This document shows positions 31,879 through 40,155 of a DNA stretch of 52,648 bases, in pieces (position 1 is the first letter of the stretch; each line of letters begins with the position of its first letter). The stretch comes from Candidatus Gottesmanbacteria bacterium (GTDB taxonomy: Bacteria > Patescibacteriota > Microgenomatia > UBA10105 > UBA927). The position numbers and the translations under genes are program-made. The notes beneath the pieces are model-generated. The model was not told the DNA's origin, made no database searches, and saw only the letters and a list, made by a program, of their open reading frames with translations. The stretch covers positions 1-52,648 of the forward strand of contig JACPFZ010000026.1 of NCBI GenBank assembly GCA_016182725.1, given 5' to 3'.

Positions 31879-33084
31879 ATGCCGGAAATACTTAAAGAAA
31901 GAGGAATGAGTTTGGATGAGGTGACATTTGTTCCAGGAACAGGTCCGTTCAACGGCGCTCCTAATTCAGGTGACCCACAAAAAGAAAAATACGATATTAA
32001 TTTGCGATGGGGAAATATAGGGGGAGCAGGTACACCATTTGTGTCATCAAACATGGAAAGTGTTACTAATGAAACTAACGTATTAGCTCTAGCGAGAGTC
32101 GGAGTAACACCAATAATTCATCAGTTTTCTTCAATCGAATATCGTGAAGCATTAGCTCGTCAATTGAGTGAAGTTACGATAGATAGAGAACAATATCCGT
32201 ATGCTGCTGTTCGTCCGGATGGACGCATGATTTTTGGTATTGCTGTAGGTTTTCAGGGCATGAGAGAAGAAACGATCAGGCTTTTTCAGGCAGGAGCACC
32301 GATAGTACGGATTGATTCTGCAAATGGATACACACCAGCGTTTGTTGAATCTCTTATTTATACACGAGAAGCTCGAGATTATGATTTGCAAAATGCTCAA
32401 CAATTGTCCGATGGCGTAAAGAGAGTGAGAGATGCCGATGCCAGTGGAAGATGGATTATTCTTGCAGGTAATATAGCAACAGCAGAAGGAGCGCAGCGAC
32501 TCCTATCGGCAAGTCCTGATGGAGAGTGGGTAGGTATTGCAAGCGGAACTGCGTGTGGTACCTGGAATAATCTTGATGTGCATGTACCACAGTTGACAGC
32601 GCTTGATTGGGTATATCCGATATTGAAAGAGACTGATGTATTTCTTTTTTCTGATGGAGGCGCACGGGATCCACATGCTACAGCGGTTGCTCTGGCATTT
32701 AGTCAGGGAGTAGTAATGGGAGGCGTATGGGCAGCAACAGAAGAAGCTCCGAGTGAAAAGAAACGTGGTAGAGATGGTATTGTTTATGCAAATTACATAG
32801 GTTCAGCTGCCCGTGAAGCACGGTTAGACAGGGTAAGTCGTCATCCCGATATGTATAAAATGAAAGACCATGAGGTTGAGGAAGGTTTTAGTGTTTGGTT
32901 GCCAGTGAGAGGAACGACTGAAGAAGTTGCCCGAGATTTTGTACGGCATTTGATTCGGGTCATGTGGTATGTTGGCGTTCATTCGTTGGCTGATCTTCGT
33001 AATTACGCAAAGCTTTTGCCTCTCAGCCCTGCTGCGTTAGCAGCTGTTCAGAAGGCGCAGATATTAGGTCAAAAAGTACCATAA
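31879..33084 (+). CDS. IMP dehydrogenase/GMP reductase-family TIM-barrel protein without CBS domains
   Basis: 401 aa with SSNMESVTNE..LARVG..PIIHQF, IDSANGYT and GIASGTACGTW (Cys-loop equivalent of GIGPGSICTT). It is convergent with guaA. Confidence 0.55.
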   Translation: MPEILKERGMSLDEVTFVPGTGPFNGAPNSGDPQKEKYDINLRWGNIGGAGTPFVSSNMESVTNETNVLALARVGVTPIIHQFSSIEYREALARQLSEVTIDREQYPYAAVRPDGRMIFGIAVGFQGMREETIRLFQAGAPIVRIDSANGYTPAFVESLIYTREARDYDLQNAQQLSDGVKRVRDADASGRWIILAGNIATAEGAQRLLSASPDGEWVGIASGTACGTWNNLDVHVPQLTALDWVYPILKETDVFLFSDGGARDPHATAVALAFSQGVVMGGVWAATEEAPSEKKRGRDGIVYANYIGSAAREARLDRVSRHPDMYKMKDHEVEEGFSVWLPVRGTTEEVARDFVRHLIRVMWYVGVHSLADLRNYAKLLPLSPAALAAVQKAQILGQKVP

Positions 33085-33087
33085 ATC

Positions 33088-34605
33088 CTATTCCCATTCC
33101 ATCGTGGCAGGGGGTTTGGTGGTGATATCATACACCACGCGCGAGACATTGGGTACTTCATTGACGATTCGCGATGACATTCGTTGCAACACGTCATACG
33201 GAATATGTGCCCATTGGCTCGTCATGACGTCGCGGGATTCGTATGCGCGGATGGCAACGACTTCGGCAAACACCCGAGCATCACCCTTGACTGCGGTTGA
33301 ATTGGTTCCGGTCATAACCGCAAAACATTGGAACACTTTATCGTAGAGACTTGCGGTTTTCATTTCTTCCACAACAATGCTATCGGCAATTTTTACCTGC
33401 TCAAGACGTTTTTCCGTTACTTCACCGCGAATACGAATCGCGTATCCTGGGCCGGGGAAGGGGTGCTGCATCAAAATATCTTCCGGAAGTCCCGCTAATC
33501 GGCCAAGCTCACGCACTTCGTCTTTATAATACGAGCGAAGAGGTTCAAGAAGGGAAAGACGAAGATTTTTTGGAAGGCCGCCGACGTTGTGGTGCGATTT
33601 AATATGTGAGGCAAGTTTGCTGCCTTTGGACTCAATCACATCCGAATAAATCGTTCCTTGGCCTAAGAAGGCTACGTCTTTATGTTTAGCCGCTTCTTTC
33701 TGAAAAATATCCACGTAGAGCTTGCCAATGGTTTTGCGTTTCACTTCGGGATCAGTAATACCAATGAGCGCTTCCATAAATTGTTTGCGCGCATCGACAA
33801 ACACCAAATCAGCATGGACAAACGTGGTAAAAATTTCCTTGACCCGAATGTCTGTTTCTGGTCGCATGAGGCCGGATTCCACATAGACAGGGATAAGGTG
33901 TTTACCGATGGCTTTGCCAATCAAAAAAGCTGCTACTGTTGAATCCACACCGCCAGACACTGCACAGATCACTTTTTTACCACCCACGGTATCTTTGACG
34001 GTTTGAATAATACTATCAGGGGAAAGCTTAAGGGGAGAAAGTGTTTCACCACAGATATCGCAGGCAAAATTTTCCAGGATTTTTAAACCATACTGGGTAT
34101 GAGCTGCCTCTGGATGAAACTGCACGCCAAAGAGTTTACGCTTGAGGTCACAAACTGCGGCAAAGCGAACACTCTTTGTGCTTCCTGTGACCGTAAATCC
34201 TTCAGGAAGTGAAGTAACCGTATCTCCGTGAGACATAAAGACGATTCCCGTTTTGACAAGGCCTCGCCTTGCGGAATTGTAAGGCGAGGCCTTAAGAAAT
34301 TCCGGTCCGTACTCCTTTTGCGTATTTTGTACGTCTCCGTCGAGAAGTTTTGCCATCAACTGCCAGCCATAGCAGATGCCGAGCACTGGGATTTTCAAAG
34401 TAAACAGTTGTTTATCTATGGTAGGAGCTCCTTGTTCGTACACACTTGCTGGACCGCCCGTTAAGATAATACCTCGCGGTTTTTTTTCTTTGATTGCAGC
34501 AAGAGCATTCTCTGGATCCACATAGTCGCTCATCACGCCTAATTGCCGAAACCTGCGTCCGATAAGATGGGCAGTTTGGGAACCGAAGTCGATGATGAGA
34601 ATCAC
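33088..34605 (-). CDS. guaA: GMP synthase (glutamine-hydrolysing)
   Basis: 505 aa with GATase GICYGWQLM, PP-loop SGGVDSTV and the C-terminal KPPATMEWE. Confidence 0.9.
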   Translation of the reverse strand: MILIIDFGSQTAHLIGRRFRQLGVMSDYVDPENALAAIKEKKPRGIILTGGPASVYEQGAPTIDKQLFTLKIPVLGICYGWQLMAKLLDGDVQNTQKEYGPEFLKASPYNSARRGLVKTGIVFMSHGDTVTSLPEGFTVTGSTKSVRFAAVCDLKRKLFGVQFHPEAAHTQYGLKILENFACDICGETLSPLKLSPDSIIQTVKDTVGGKKVICAVSGGVDSTVAAFLIGKAIGKHLIPVYVESGLMRPETDIRVKEIFTTFVHADLVFVDARKQFMEALIGITDPEVKRKTIGKLYVDIFQKEAAKHKDVAFLGQGTIYSDVIESKGSKLASHIKSHHNVGGLPKNLRLSLLEPLRSYYKDEVRELGRLAGLPEDILMQHPFPGPGYAIRIRGEVTEKRLEQVKIADSIVVEEMKTASLYDKVFQCFAVMTGTNSTAVKGDARVFAEVVAIRAYESRDVMTSQWAHIPYDVLQRMSSRIVNEVPNVSRVVYDITTKPPATMEWE

Positions 34606-35804
34606 AAAAGACCTCCTATGGTAATAACGGCGTTGATTGCATGCATGAATCTCTCTTCTGTTTCATATCGGGCGATACTCGGATCAATAAGAAGCGGGTT
34701 TTGATTATCAATGGTAACCTGTATTTTCCATCCTCGGGGTGTTTCGTGTCCGGGGCGGGTGTTTACCTGAATCGGGCGATTATACGCCTCTTCCACAATG
34801 CCGGAAATATCAGAAAGGTCTTCAGCCGGTTTCTCCAGAGGAAGTTTACCATCGGGGTTTTTCCCTACAAGTACCACGCTCATCAGACGGGCATTAGTGA
34901 CTGCTTCTTCCCATAATGAGATCATTCGTCGGTTCTGATGATACTCGTCAAGGTAAAACTGTCGTGCTTGTTCAACGAATGCGCCCCTTTTGGCTTCGGC
35001 CACTGCTTTCCCGGTTTCTGTATAAAAGGCGGTTGAATTCATTTCTTTGAGCACTGCACTCAAACGATCACCCAGCCAGCGATCTCCATATTGCCAATCC
35101 CGCCGCTCTTCAGGGGTAATGTCATCGCGGATGAGATACCAACCCGCAGGTCCGATTCCTCCTTTTTTGTTTCGTTCTAGTGCGTCGTGGGCAAGATCGT
35201 TGGGGTTGTGAGACAGTCCGGCGCCAAACAATTTGTCTGAATCGGCAAGCAGGTTTCCGATAGGACTCATCCGACTGTATGTTTGTCCTGTACTATATGT
35301 GTCGTCATGATGACGGATATCCATTGCCATCCATCGTGCACCAGAAACGGATAGTCCCAGTTTGATTCCGAACAACAGAATCATCCTGGCCATCGTATCA
35401 GGGTGAAGTTTTCGAACATCACCAGGCAGTGGTTCACCGGTAGCGGGATGTTGGAGCGGAAACGTTTGTGCAAGGTCATGGAGCACGGCATAGGCTTGGT
35501 ATATATTGTCCTGTTCTGGTTTCCAGATGCCTTCTTTTTTGGCGATGTGTACTATGCCTTCATAAACAAAATAACTATGCTGGCTCCCGTGGTCTTGGTG
35601 ATGTTTCCATTCGTCAATAGAATTTCGCGCAGTTTGACTAACATGCTGTTGGATAGCATGTTCGCCTTTTGCAAGCGCTCCCACGATCTTCAGAAGTTCT
35701 GATTGCCATGTATCGGCTAACAACCTTCCTTTGTCCTCTGAAGGAGGGAGGTAGGAAAGAGTATTTTTGAAAAGTGAGTGTTTTGCAGGTATTTCCAAAA
35801 CCAT
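34602..35804 (-). CDS. HD-domain protein with an uncharacterised C-terminal half
   Basis: 400 aa. H..HD..D pattern (GIVHIAKK, YAVLHDLAQ, IRHHDD, ADSDKLF). It overlaps guaA by 4 nt and lies 2 nt from the dNK stop. Confidence 0.5.
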   Translation of the reverse strand: MVLEIPAKHSLFKNTLSYLPPSEDKGRLLADTWQSELLKIVGALAKGEHAIQQHVSQTARNSIDEWKHHQDHGSQHSYFVYEGIVHIAKKEGIWKPEQDNIYQAYAVLHDLAQTFPLQHPATGEPLPGDVRKLHPDTMARMILLFGIKLGLSVSGARWMAMDIRHHDDTYSTGQTYSRMSPIGNLLADSDKLFGAGLSHNPNDLAHDALERNKKGGIGPAGWYLIRDDITPEERRDWQYGDRWLGDRLSAVLKEMNSTAFYTETGKAVAEAKRGAFVEQARQFYLDEYHQNRRMISLWEEAVTNARLMSVVLVGKNPDGKLPLEKPAEDLSDISGIVEEAYNRPIQVNTRPGHETPRGWKIQVTIDNQNPLLIDPSIARYETEERFMHAINAVITIGGLL

Positions 35805-35806
35805 AG

Positions 35807-36442
35807 TTAGGTAACCAGGCGTCGTACTTTTTGTACTACATCTTTCTGATTTTTGGAACTATTGATGACATCATGCCCGTTGACGTGGGTATATTCCAGT
35901 ACTTTTTGCCCTTGACTTTTCAGACGAACGATCAATGTGTCTAACGACCGTTGGATTCCTTCAAGATATTGCGGGGTGAAGTATTTCATTTCGAACTCGC
36001 GACCTCGATCGTTAATGCGTTCTAGCAGTAGCGGAACAGGGAGTTTGAGATTGATGACCAGGTTTTCCCTGACGGTTGTTTTTGTACATTTTTCAAAAAG
36101 TTCATTGTATAGTTCCATTTCTTGCTCGTTCATGTGTTTGGCAGCAAGCCGGCTGTTGGCATAGACCCACGACATCAGGAGTCCGCTGTCCTGGACGACG
36201 GCTTGTTTTGTGAGTATTTTTTCCAGTTCCTGTGCCATTTCCACGCGACGAGTCAGAAACCATATATCAGAGGCAAGCGACCAACGAGCGCGGTCAACGA
36301 CTGCATCCTGGAAAAAGGGATTGGTTTTGTATAATTCATCCGCAGCTACTAAATGAGCAGGAAGTTTTTGAGCAAGAAACCGCGCAAGTGTTGACTTTCC
36401 TGCTCCCACGTTACCAATGACGGTGATAAACGGATGCTTCAC
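35807..36442 (-). CDS. Deoxynucleoside kinase family protein
   Basis: 211 aa with a GTG start and P-loop GNVGAGKSTLARFLA. Overall layout is dNK-like. Confidence 0.6.
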   Translation of the reverse strand: MKHPFITVIGNVGAGKSTLARFLAQKLPAHLVAADELYKTNPFFQDAVVDRARWSLASDIWFLTRRVEMAQELEKILTKQAVVQDSGLLMSWVYANSRLAAKHMNEQEMELYNELFEKCTKTTVRENLVINLKLPVPLLLERINDRGREFEMKYFTPQYLEGIQRSLDTLIVRLKSQGQKVLEYTHVNGHDVINSSKNQKDVVQKVRRLVT

Positions 36443-36514
36443 AGGTATTCAAAATTTTTTGTCAATAAGATGCGCAGTCTGAAACTAAAGTCAACGATAA
36501 GTATCATGGGTAAG

Positions 36515-36548
36515 AAATGTTATCATGTTCTAGAACATGATAACATTT
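36515..36548. repeat. 34-bp perfect palindrome (copy A)
   Basis: AAATGTTATCATGTTCT|AGAACATGATAACATTT. Its 28-bp core TGTTATCATGTTCTAGAACATGATAACA recurs at 49104-49131. Confidence 0.9.
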
Positions 36549-36615
36549 GCATCGCCGTTTGGAAATTTGATTTGGCAGGTGCAACAGGGATGTTCCGGTG
36601 AGATGGCCACATGCA

Positions 36616-36864
36616 TTACTTTCGACTAAATTCGTACTCTGTCTTGCCGTCTCTCGTATTCATTCCTAAATTACCCTGAACTTCTGTTACCGTTAAATTG
36701 TAATGTCCCCCAACTTCATCCTCAAAACGTATCTCTTGAATAACCCGTAATCCTCCGTCAGGCGAAGCAGAGACATTAACGAGCTCATTCGGTCCTAATT
36801 CTCTGGTTACTGGCTCATCAGGGGTTACGATAATTTTTTCAGTCACTATCATTTCTGGTGGCAT
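36616..36864 (-). CDS. Small hypothetical protein
   Basis: 82-aa ORF located 15 nt downstream of the PRTase gene on the same strand. No motif recognised. Confidence 0.35.
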   Translation of the reverse strand: MPPEMIVTEKIIVTPDEPVTRELGPNELVNVSASPDGGLRVIQEIRFEDEVGGHYNLTVTEVQGNLGMNTRDGKTEYEFSRK

Positions 36865-36879
36865 AGCATCCTCCTTTCT

Positions 36880-37455
36880 TTACAGATGGTATTTTCGGAC
36901 AAAGGCAATTTGGCTGTCTTTGTAATGGAGACGTTCTAAAAATGTTTGAATCTGGGCCTTGGATTTCCCTTCTTTTTCCATTTGCTTTGTGATAAGGAGG
37001 ATCATTTCTGTGGGCTCATAGGGGAAAAGAATCCATTTCCTTGTTTGCCGGGCAACATAGTCCGGTCGGAACGTGGAGTGGGGCTTGTAAAACATGGTGA
37101 CCGTGGTTACATCCTTGGGGCCGCATTTTTTGAGATACCGCACCGCGCGCAACAAGGTTTTGCCCGAGTCTGCCACATCGTCTACCAAAAGGATACGCTT
37201 TCCCCGGATAGACGTGGGGAGTTTGGCAAGAATCTGTATTTCTCCGCGCGTCTGGATGTCGGTATAACTTTGGATGGAGATGGTGGATATGGGGACGCGC
37301 AAAAAATCAGTGAGAAGATGCCCTAAAGTTAGTCCGCCACGAGAGATGGCAACGAGTTCATCCACGGGTTGTTTTTGGGCAAGGATTGAGGCGGCAAGTT
37401 TTTGGGCGAGCGTGTGATATTCGTTCCAACTGACCGGAAGATACTGTATGACCAT
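36880..37455 (-). CDS. Purine phosphoribosyltransferase (Gpt/Hpt-like)
   Basis: 191 aa with VAISRGGLTLGHLL and the PRPP motif ILLVDDVADSGKTL. Collinear with xanthine-guanine PRTases. Confidence 0.7.
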   Translation of the reverse strand: MVIQYLPVSWNEYHTLAQKLAASILAQKQPVDELVAISRGGLTLGHLLTDFLRVPISTISIQSYTDIQTRGEIQILAKLPTSIRGKRILLVDDVADSGKTLLRAVRYLKKCGPKDVTTVTMFYKPHSTFRPDYVARQTRKWILFPYEPTEMILLITKQMEKEGKSKAQIQTFLERLHYKDSQIAFVRKYHL

Positions 37456-37458
37456 ACG

Positions 37459-38211
37459 TTACTGGGCAGTATATAAACCTGGTTCTTTCATGTGTTTTCC
37501 TAATGCAGGATGGCGGATGATCGCTGCTTGGACATTTGCACCAATATCGCCAAAACCGGCTAGCCACCGTCCGTTTCCGTCTGGCGCAGGAATCCAGCTA
37601 TCTTCAATATCTGCCGTGACAATGTGAAGGGCAGGGTATTGTTCAAGAAGGCTCCGTACGGTTGGGGAGTGTGCAATGACTCCAAGGGCAATAACGTGAT
37701 CAGCCACGATACCTCGTTGGTTTAATCCTCCGATTGTTCGTCTGAGTGTTTCGCCAGTATCAATAACAGGATCTATCAACAGGAGGCGTCCGACGCTTGT
37801 TGGCTGGACTGCTTCTGGGATAAGGGGTTTGATAGGATTTTTATTACCACCATCGTTCGTAATGATAAAGGGGATGTGAGGAGAGTACTGACGGATTCCA
37901 TATAAAAAAGGATATGCGCCTCGAGGGATGGCAATGGCAAGCGCAGGAGTATGATGATTATTCTGATTGAGTTGAGGAAGCATCACACCCGTGGCTTTTT
38001 GCATGGCAAGCCGTCCCAACTTTTCTGTTGCCTGCCAAAATGGCAGGAGTGTTGCCTCGTCAGCGGGTGTTGCCCTCCGGAAGGCTTCAACATATGGTTG
38101 TGTCCAACTCTGGGAAAGGAGCAAAAATCTGTTTCCAAATTCTTGGGATAATTGTTCGGCTGTCTGTAAGGTTTCTGGTCTACTTGGCATACGCTCTCCT
38201 TTTGAGTTCAC
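37459..38211 (-). CDS. Uracil phosphoribosyltransferase-like protein with an N-terminal extension
   Basis: 250 aa with the PRPP motif LLLIDPVIDTGETL, then YPALHIVTADIED and GFGDIGAN (compare Upp GLGDAGDR). Confidence 0.6.
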   Translation of the reverse strand: MNSKGERMPSRPETLQTAEQLSQEFGNRFLLLSQSWTQPYVEAFRRATPADEATLLPFWQATEKLGRLAMQKATGVMLPQLNQNNHHTPALAIAIPRGAYPFLYGIRQYSPHIPFIITNDGGNKNPIKPLIPEAVQPTSVGRLLLIDPVIDTGETLRRTIGGLNQRGIVADHVIALGVIAHSPTVRSLLEQYPALHIVTADIEDSWIPAPDGNGRWLAGFGDIGANVQAAIIRHPALGKHMKEPGLYTAQ

Positions 38212-38746
38212 TGATGACGTTTTCTACGAGTGGCTTTGGATTTTTTGAGACAATATAGGAGGGTTTATGCCGATGGGAAATTGCCGCAACCTGCTCCCGA
38301 AGATCAATTGCTCCTCCGGAACCATCCAGGATACCAATGACTTTTTGGAAATCAATCGCAAGTGTCAGTTCAAGAAGCGTCCCCACGCCGCCACCGATAA
38401 GTATCGCCGCATCAATACTTCTCATCATAACGACATCGCGTGCCTTGTATCCTATACCAGTATAGACGATGGTGTTCCAGAGCTTCGGGTCAATATGCTC
38501 ATAGCGTTCTAACTGTTCATGAAGATTTTCAGCCGGTGAGATGCCAATCGTGAGTCCTCCTGTATCATGTGCTCCCCGCGTGGCGTCACAGGAGTACCCA
38601 AGAGTTGCGCCGGAAAATAGGATGCAGCCCTGTGTTGCAAGGTATTTACCGATTTCGTAGGCTTTCTTGGCGATGGTGTTTGAGAACGTGCCGCCTGCTG
38701 ATCCGCAGACCGCTACAGTGAAGTGAGAAGAGTTATCAACTGCCAT
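38180..38746 (-). CDS. LOG/TIGR00725-family (SLOG superfamily) Rossmann protein
   Basis: 188 aa with VAVCGSAGG, a GA..GG.TIGISP region and ILIGGGVGTLLEL. It overlaps the UPRT-like ORF by 32 nt. Confidence 0.6.
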   Translation of the reverse strand: MAVDNSSHFTVAVCGSAGGTFSNTIAKKAYEIGKYLATQGCILFSGATLGYSCDATRGAHDTGGLTIGISPAENLHEQLERYEHIDPKLWNTIVYTGIGYKARDVVMMRSIDAAILIGGGVGTLLELTLAIDFQKVIGILDGSGGAIDLREQVAAISHRHKPSYIVSKNPKPLVENVISELKRRAYAK

Positions 38747-38766
38747 AGTTAATGGTACTTCAAACC

Positions 38767-38795
38767 TTGACGCTTGTCAATATGGTCGTTAGAAT
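38767..38795 (+). promoter_or_regulatory. Sigma70-like promoter giving a leaderless transcript
   Basis: TTGACG (38767-38772), a 17-nt spacer, then TAGAAT (38790-38795). ATG 38802 is 6 nt downstream. Confidence 0.5.
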
Positions 38796-38801
38796 AGGAA
38801 C

Positions 38802-39461
38802 ATGGATACGATGCCTGGAGGGAAAAAAGTGCAATACCCAGAAGAATTTAAGCCAAAAGAGACGGAAAAACCATTAAAGTACAACAGTATTGCGATCTCG
38901 AGCCGACCAGGTGCCGGACGCTCGACACTTCTTCGAAACCTCAAACCTTATCTTGAACCGCTTGGCTGGGAAACATTTTCCGGCGGCGACTGGGCGAGAA
39001 AATTTGCCATTGAATCTGGAAAACACAATGCTCATGACGTGACCCATCACAAAGCCACGGATTATGGCGACGATATTGATTTGCAAATTGATGTTGCGAT
39101 GAGAGAAAAACTTACCAATCCAGCTAGTCACGTAGCAGTCGAATCCTGGATTGCCGGATGGAACATGCGGGGCTTGAAGCATGTATTGAAAGTACTCCTT
39201 ATGTGCGACGATGCGCTCCGGATTGATCGCATCGTCAATCGCGATAATATCACGGTAGAACAAGCAAAAGAGCACGTACGGGATCGGGAAGAAACCAATG
39301 TGAGTAAGTGGAGGCGGATGTATGGCGTGAGTGATTTTTGGGATCCGAAGTATTACGATCTGGTCATTAACACCTATTCTCATGGACCCAAAGAAACATT
39401 AGACTTGGTTCTTCAGGCGCTTGGGTACTTTATCGTAAATGGTCAACACCCGCAAAAGTAA
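38802..39461 (+). CDS. Cytidylate kinase-like P-loop NMP kinase
   Basis: 219 aa with P-loop SSRPGAGRSTLL and an NMP-kinase-like length and layout. Confidence 0.5.
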   Translation: MDTMPGGKKVQYPEEFKPKETEKPLKYNSIAISSRPGAGRSTLLRNLKPYLEPLGWETFSGGDWARKFAIESGKHNAHDVTHHKATDYGDDIDLQIDVAMREKLTNPASHVAVESWIAGWNMRGLKHVLKVLLMCDDALRIDRIVNRDNITVEQAKEHVRDREETNVSKWRRMYGVSDFWDPKYYDLVINTYSHGPKETLDLVLQALGYFIVNGQHPQK

Positions 39462-39467
39462 TACATC

Positions 39468-39496
39468 TTGACAAAAGTATTACGATAGTATATAAT
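39468..39496 (+). promoter_or_regulatory. Consensus sigma70 promoter of the second VapBC module
   Basis: TTGACA (39468-39473), a 17-nt spacer, then TATAAT (39491-39496). ATG 39506 is 9 nt downstream. Confidence 0.6.
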
Positions 39497-39505
39497 TCTT
39501 ACTAT

Positions 39506-39763
39506 ATGACCATGCTCACAACCATTACGACCAAAGGTCAGGTGACGATACCGGAGGCGGTACGTCGAACTCTTGGAGCATCTGTGGGGGATAAAGTAAT
39601 ATTTACGGATGTTGCTGTAGACAAAAAGCAAGCAGTAATTCGTATTATCCCCACTACCGTGGTTGAGAAGTTGGCCGGTTCGCTGAAGTCCTCTGTAGGG
39701 TATGTTCCGCAGGAAAAAGCACGTAAAATTGCGGCGCGTGCTCTTGGCAAGCGGTATGCATGA
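39506..39763 (+). CDS. AbrB/SpoVT-family antitoxin
   Basis: 85 aa with TKGQVTIPEAVRRTLGASVGDKVIF. It overlaps the PIN gene by 4 nt. Confidence 0.7.
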   Translation: MTMLTTITTKGQVTIPEAVRRTLGASVGDKVIFTDVAVDKKQAVIRIIPTTVVEKLAGSLKSSVGYVPQEKARKIAARALGKRYA

Positions 39764-40155
39764 AAGCTATTCGTTCCGTTCTCATTGACGCAAATATCAC
39801 CATTCGCTTCTTGCTTCAGGATCATCAAGGCCTGTTTATACGAGCAAAACAATTATTTCATCGTGCAGAACGAGGAGAAATTGATTGTTATTTCGATGAA
39901 GTTACTCTAGCGGAAGTCATTTGGGTATTAACATCTGTATATAAAATGAAACGCGAGGATATCGTAGGCAAGCTTGAGACATTATTTGTTCAAGAGTGGG
40001 TGGTAAATATACGGAAACATACCATGCTGCGGGCGCTTGCTTTTTATCGCATGAGTACCCTCAATTATATTGACTGCTGGCTTATGTCTGTGTCGGAGGA
40101 AAAGCATATTCCCTTGGAAACATTTGATGCGAAACTCAAGAAACATACAATATGA
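39760..40155 (+). CDS. PIN-domain toxin (VapC-like)
   Basis: 131 aa with VLIDANITIRFLL near the N-terminus and a C-terminal DCWL...ETFD. Confidence 0.65.
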   Translation: MKAIRSVLIDANITIRFLLQDHQGLFIRAKQLFHRAERGEIDCYFDEVTLAEVIWVLTSVYKMKREDIVGKLETLFVQEWVVNIRKHTMLRALAFYRMSTLNYIDCWLMSVSEEKHIPLETFDAKLKKHTI

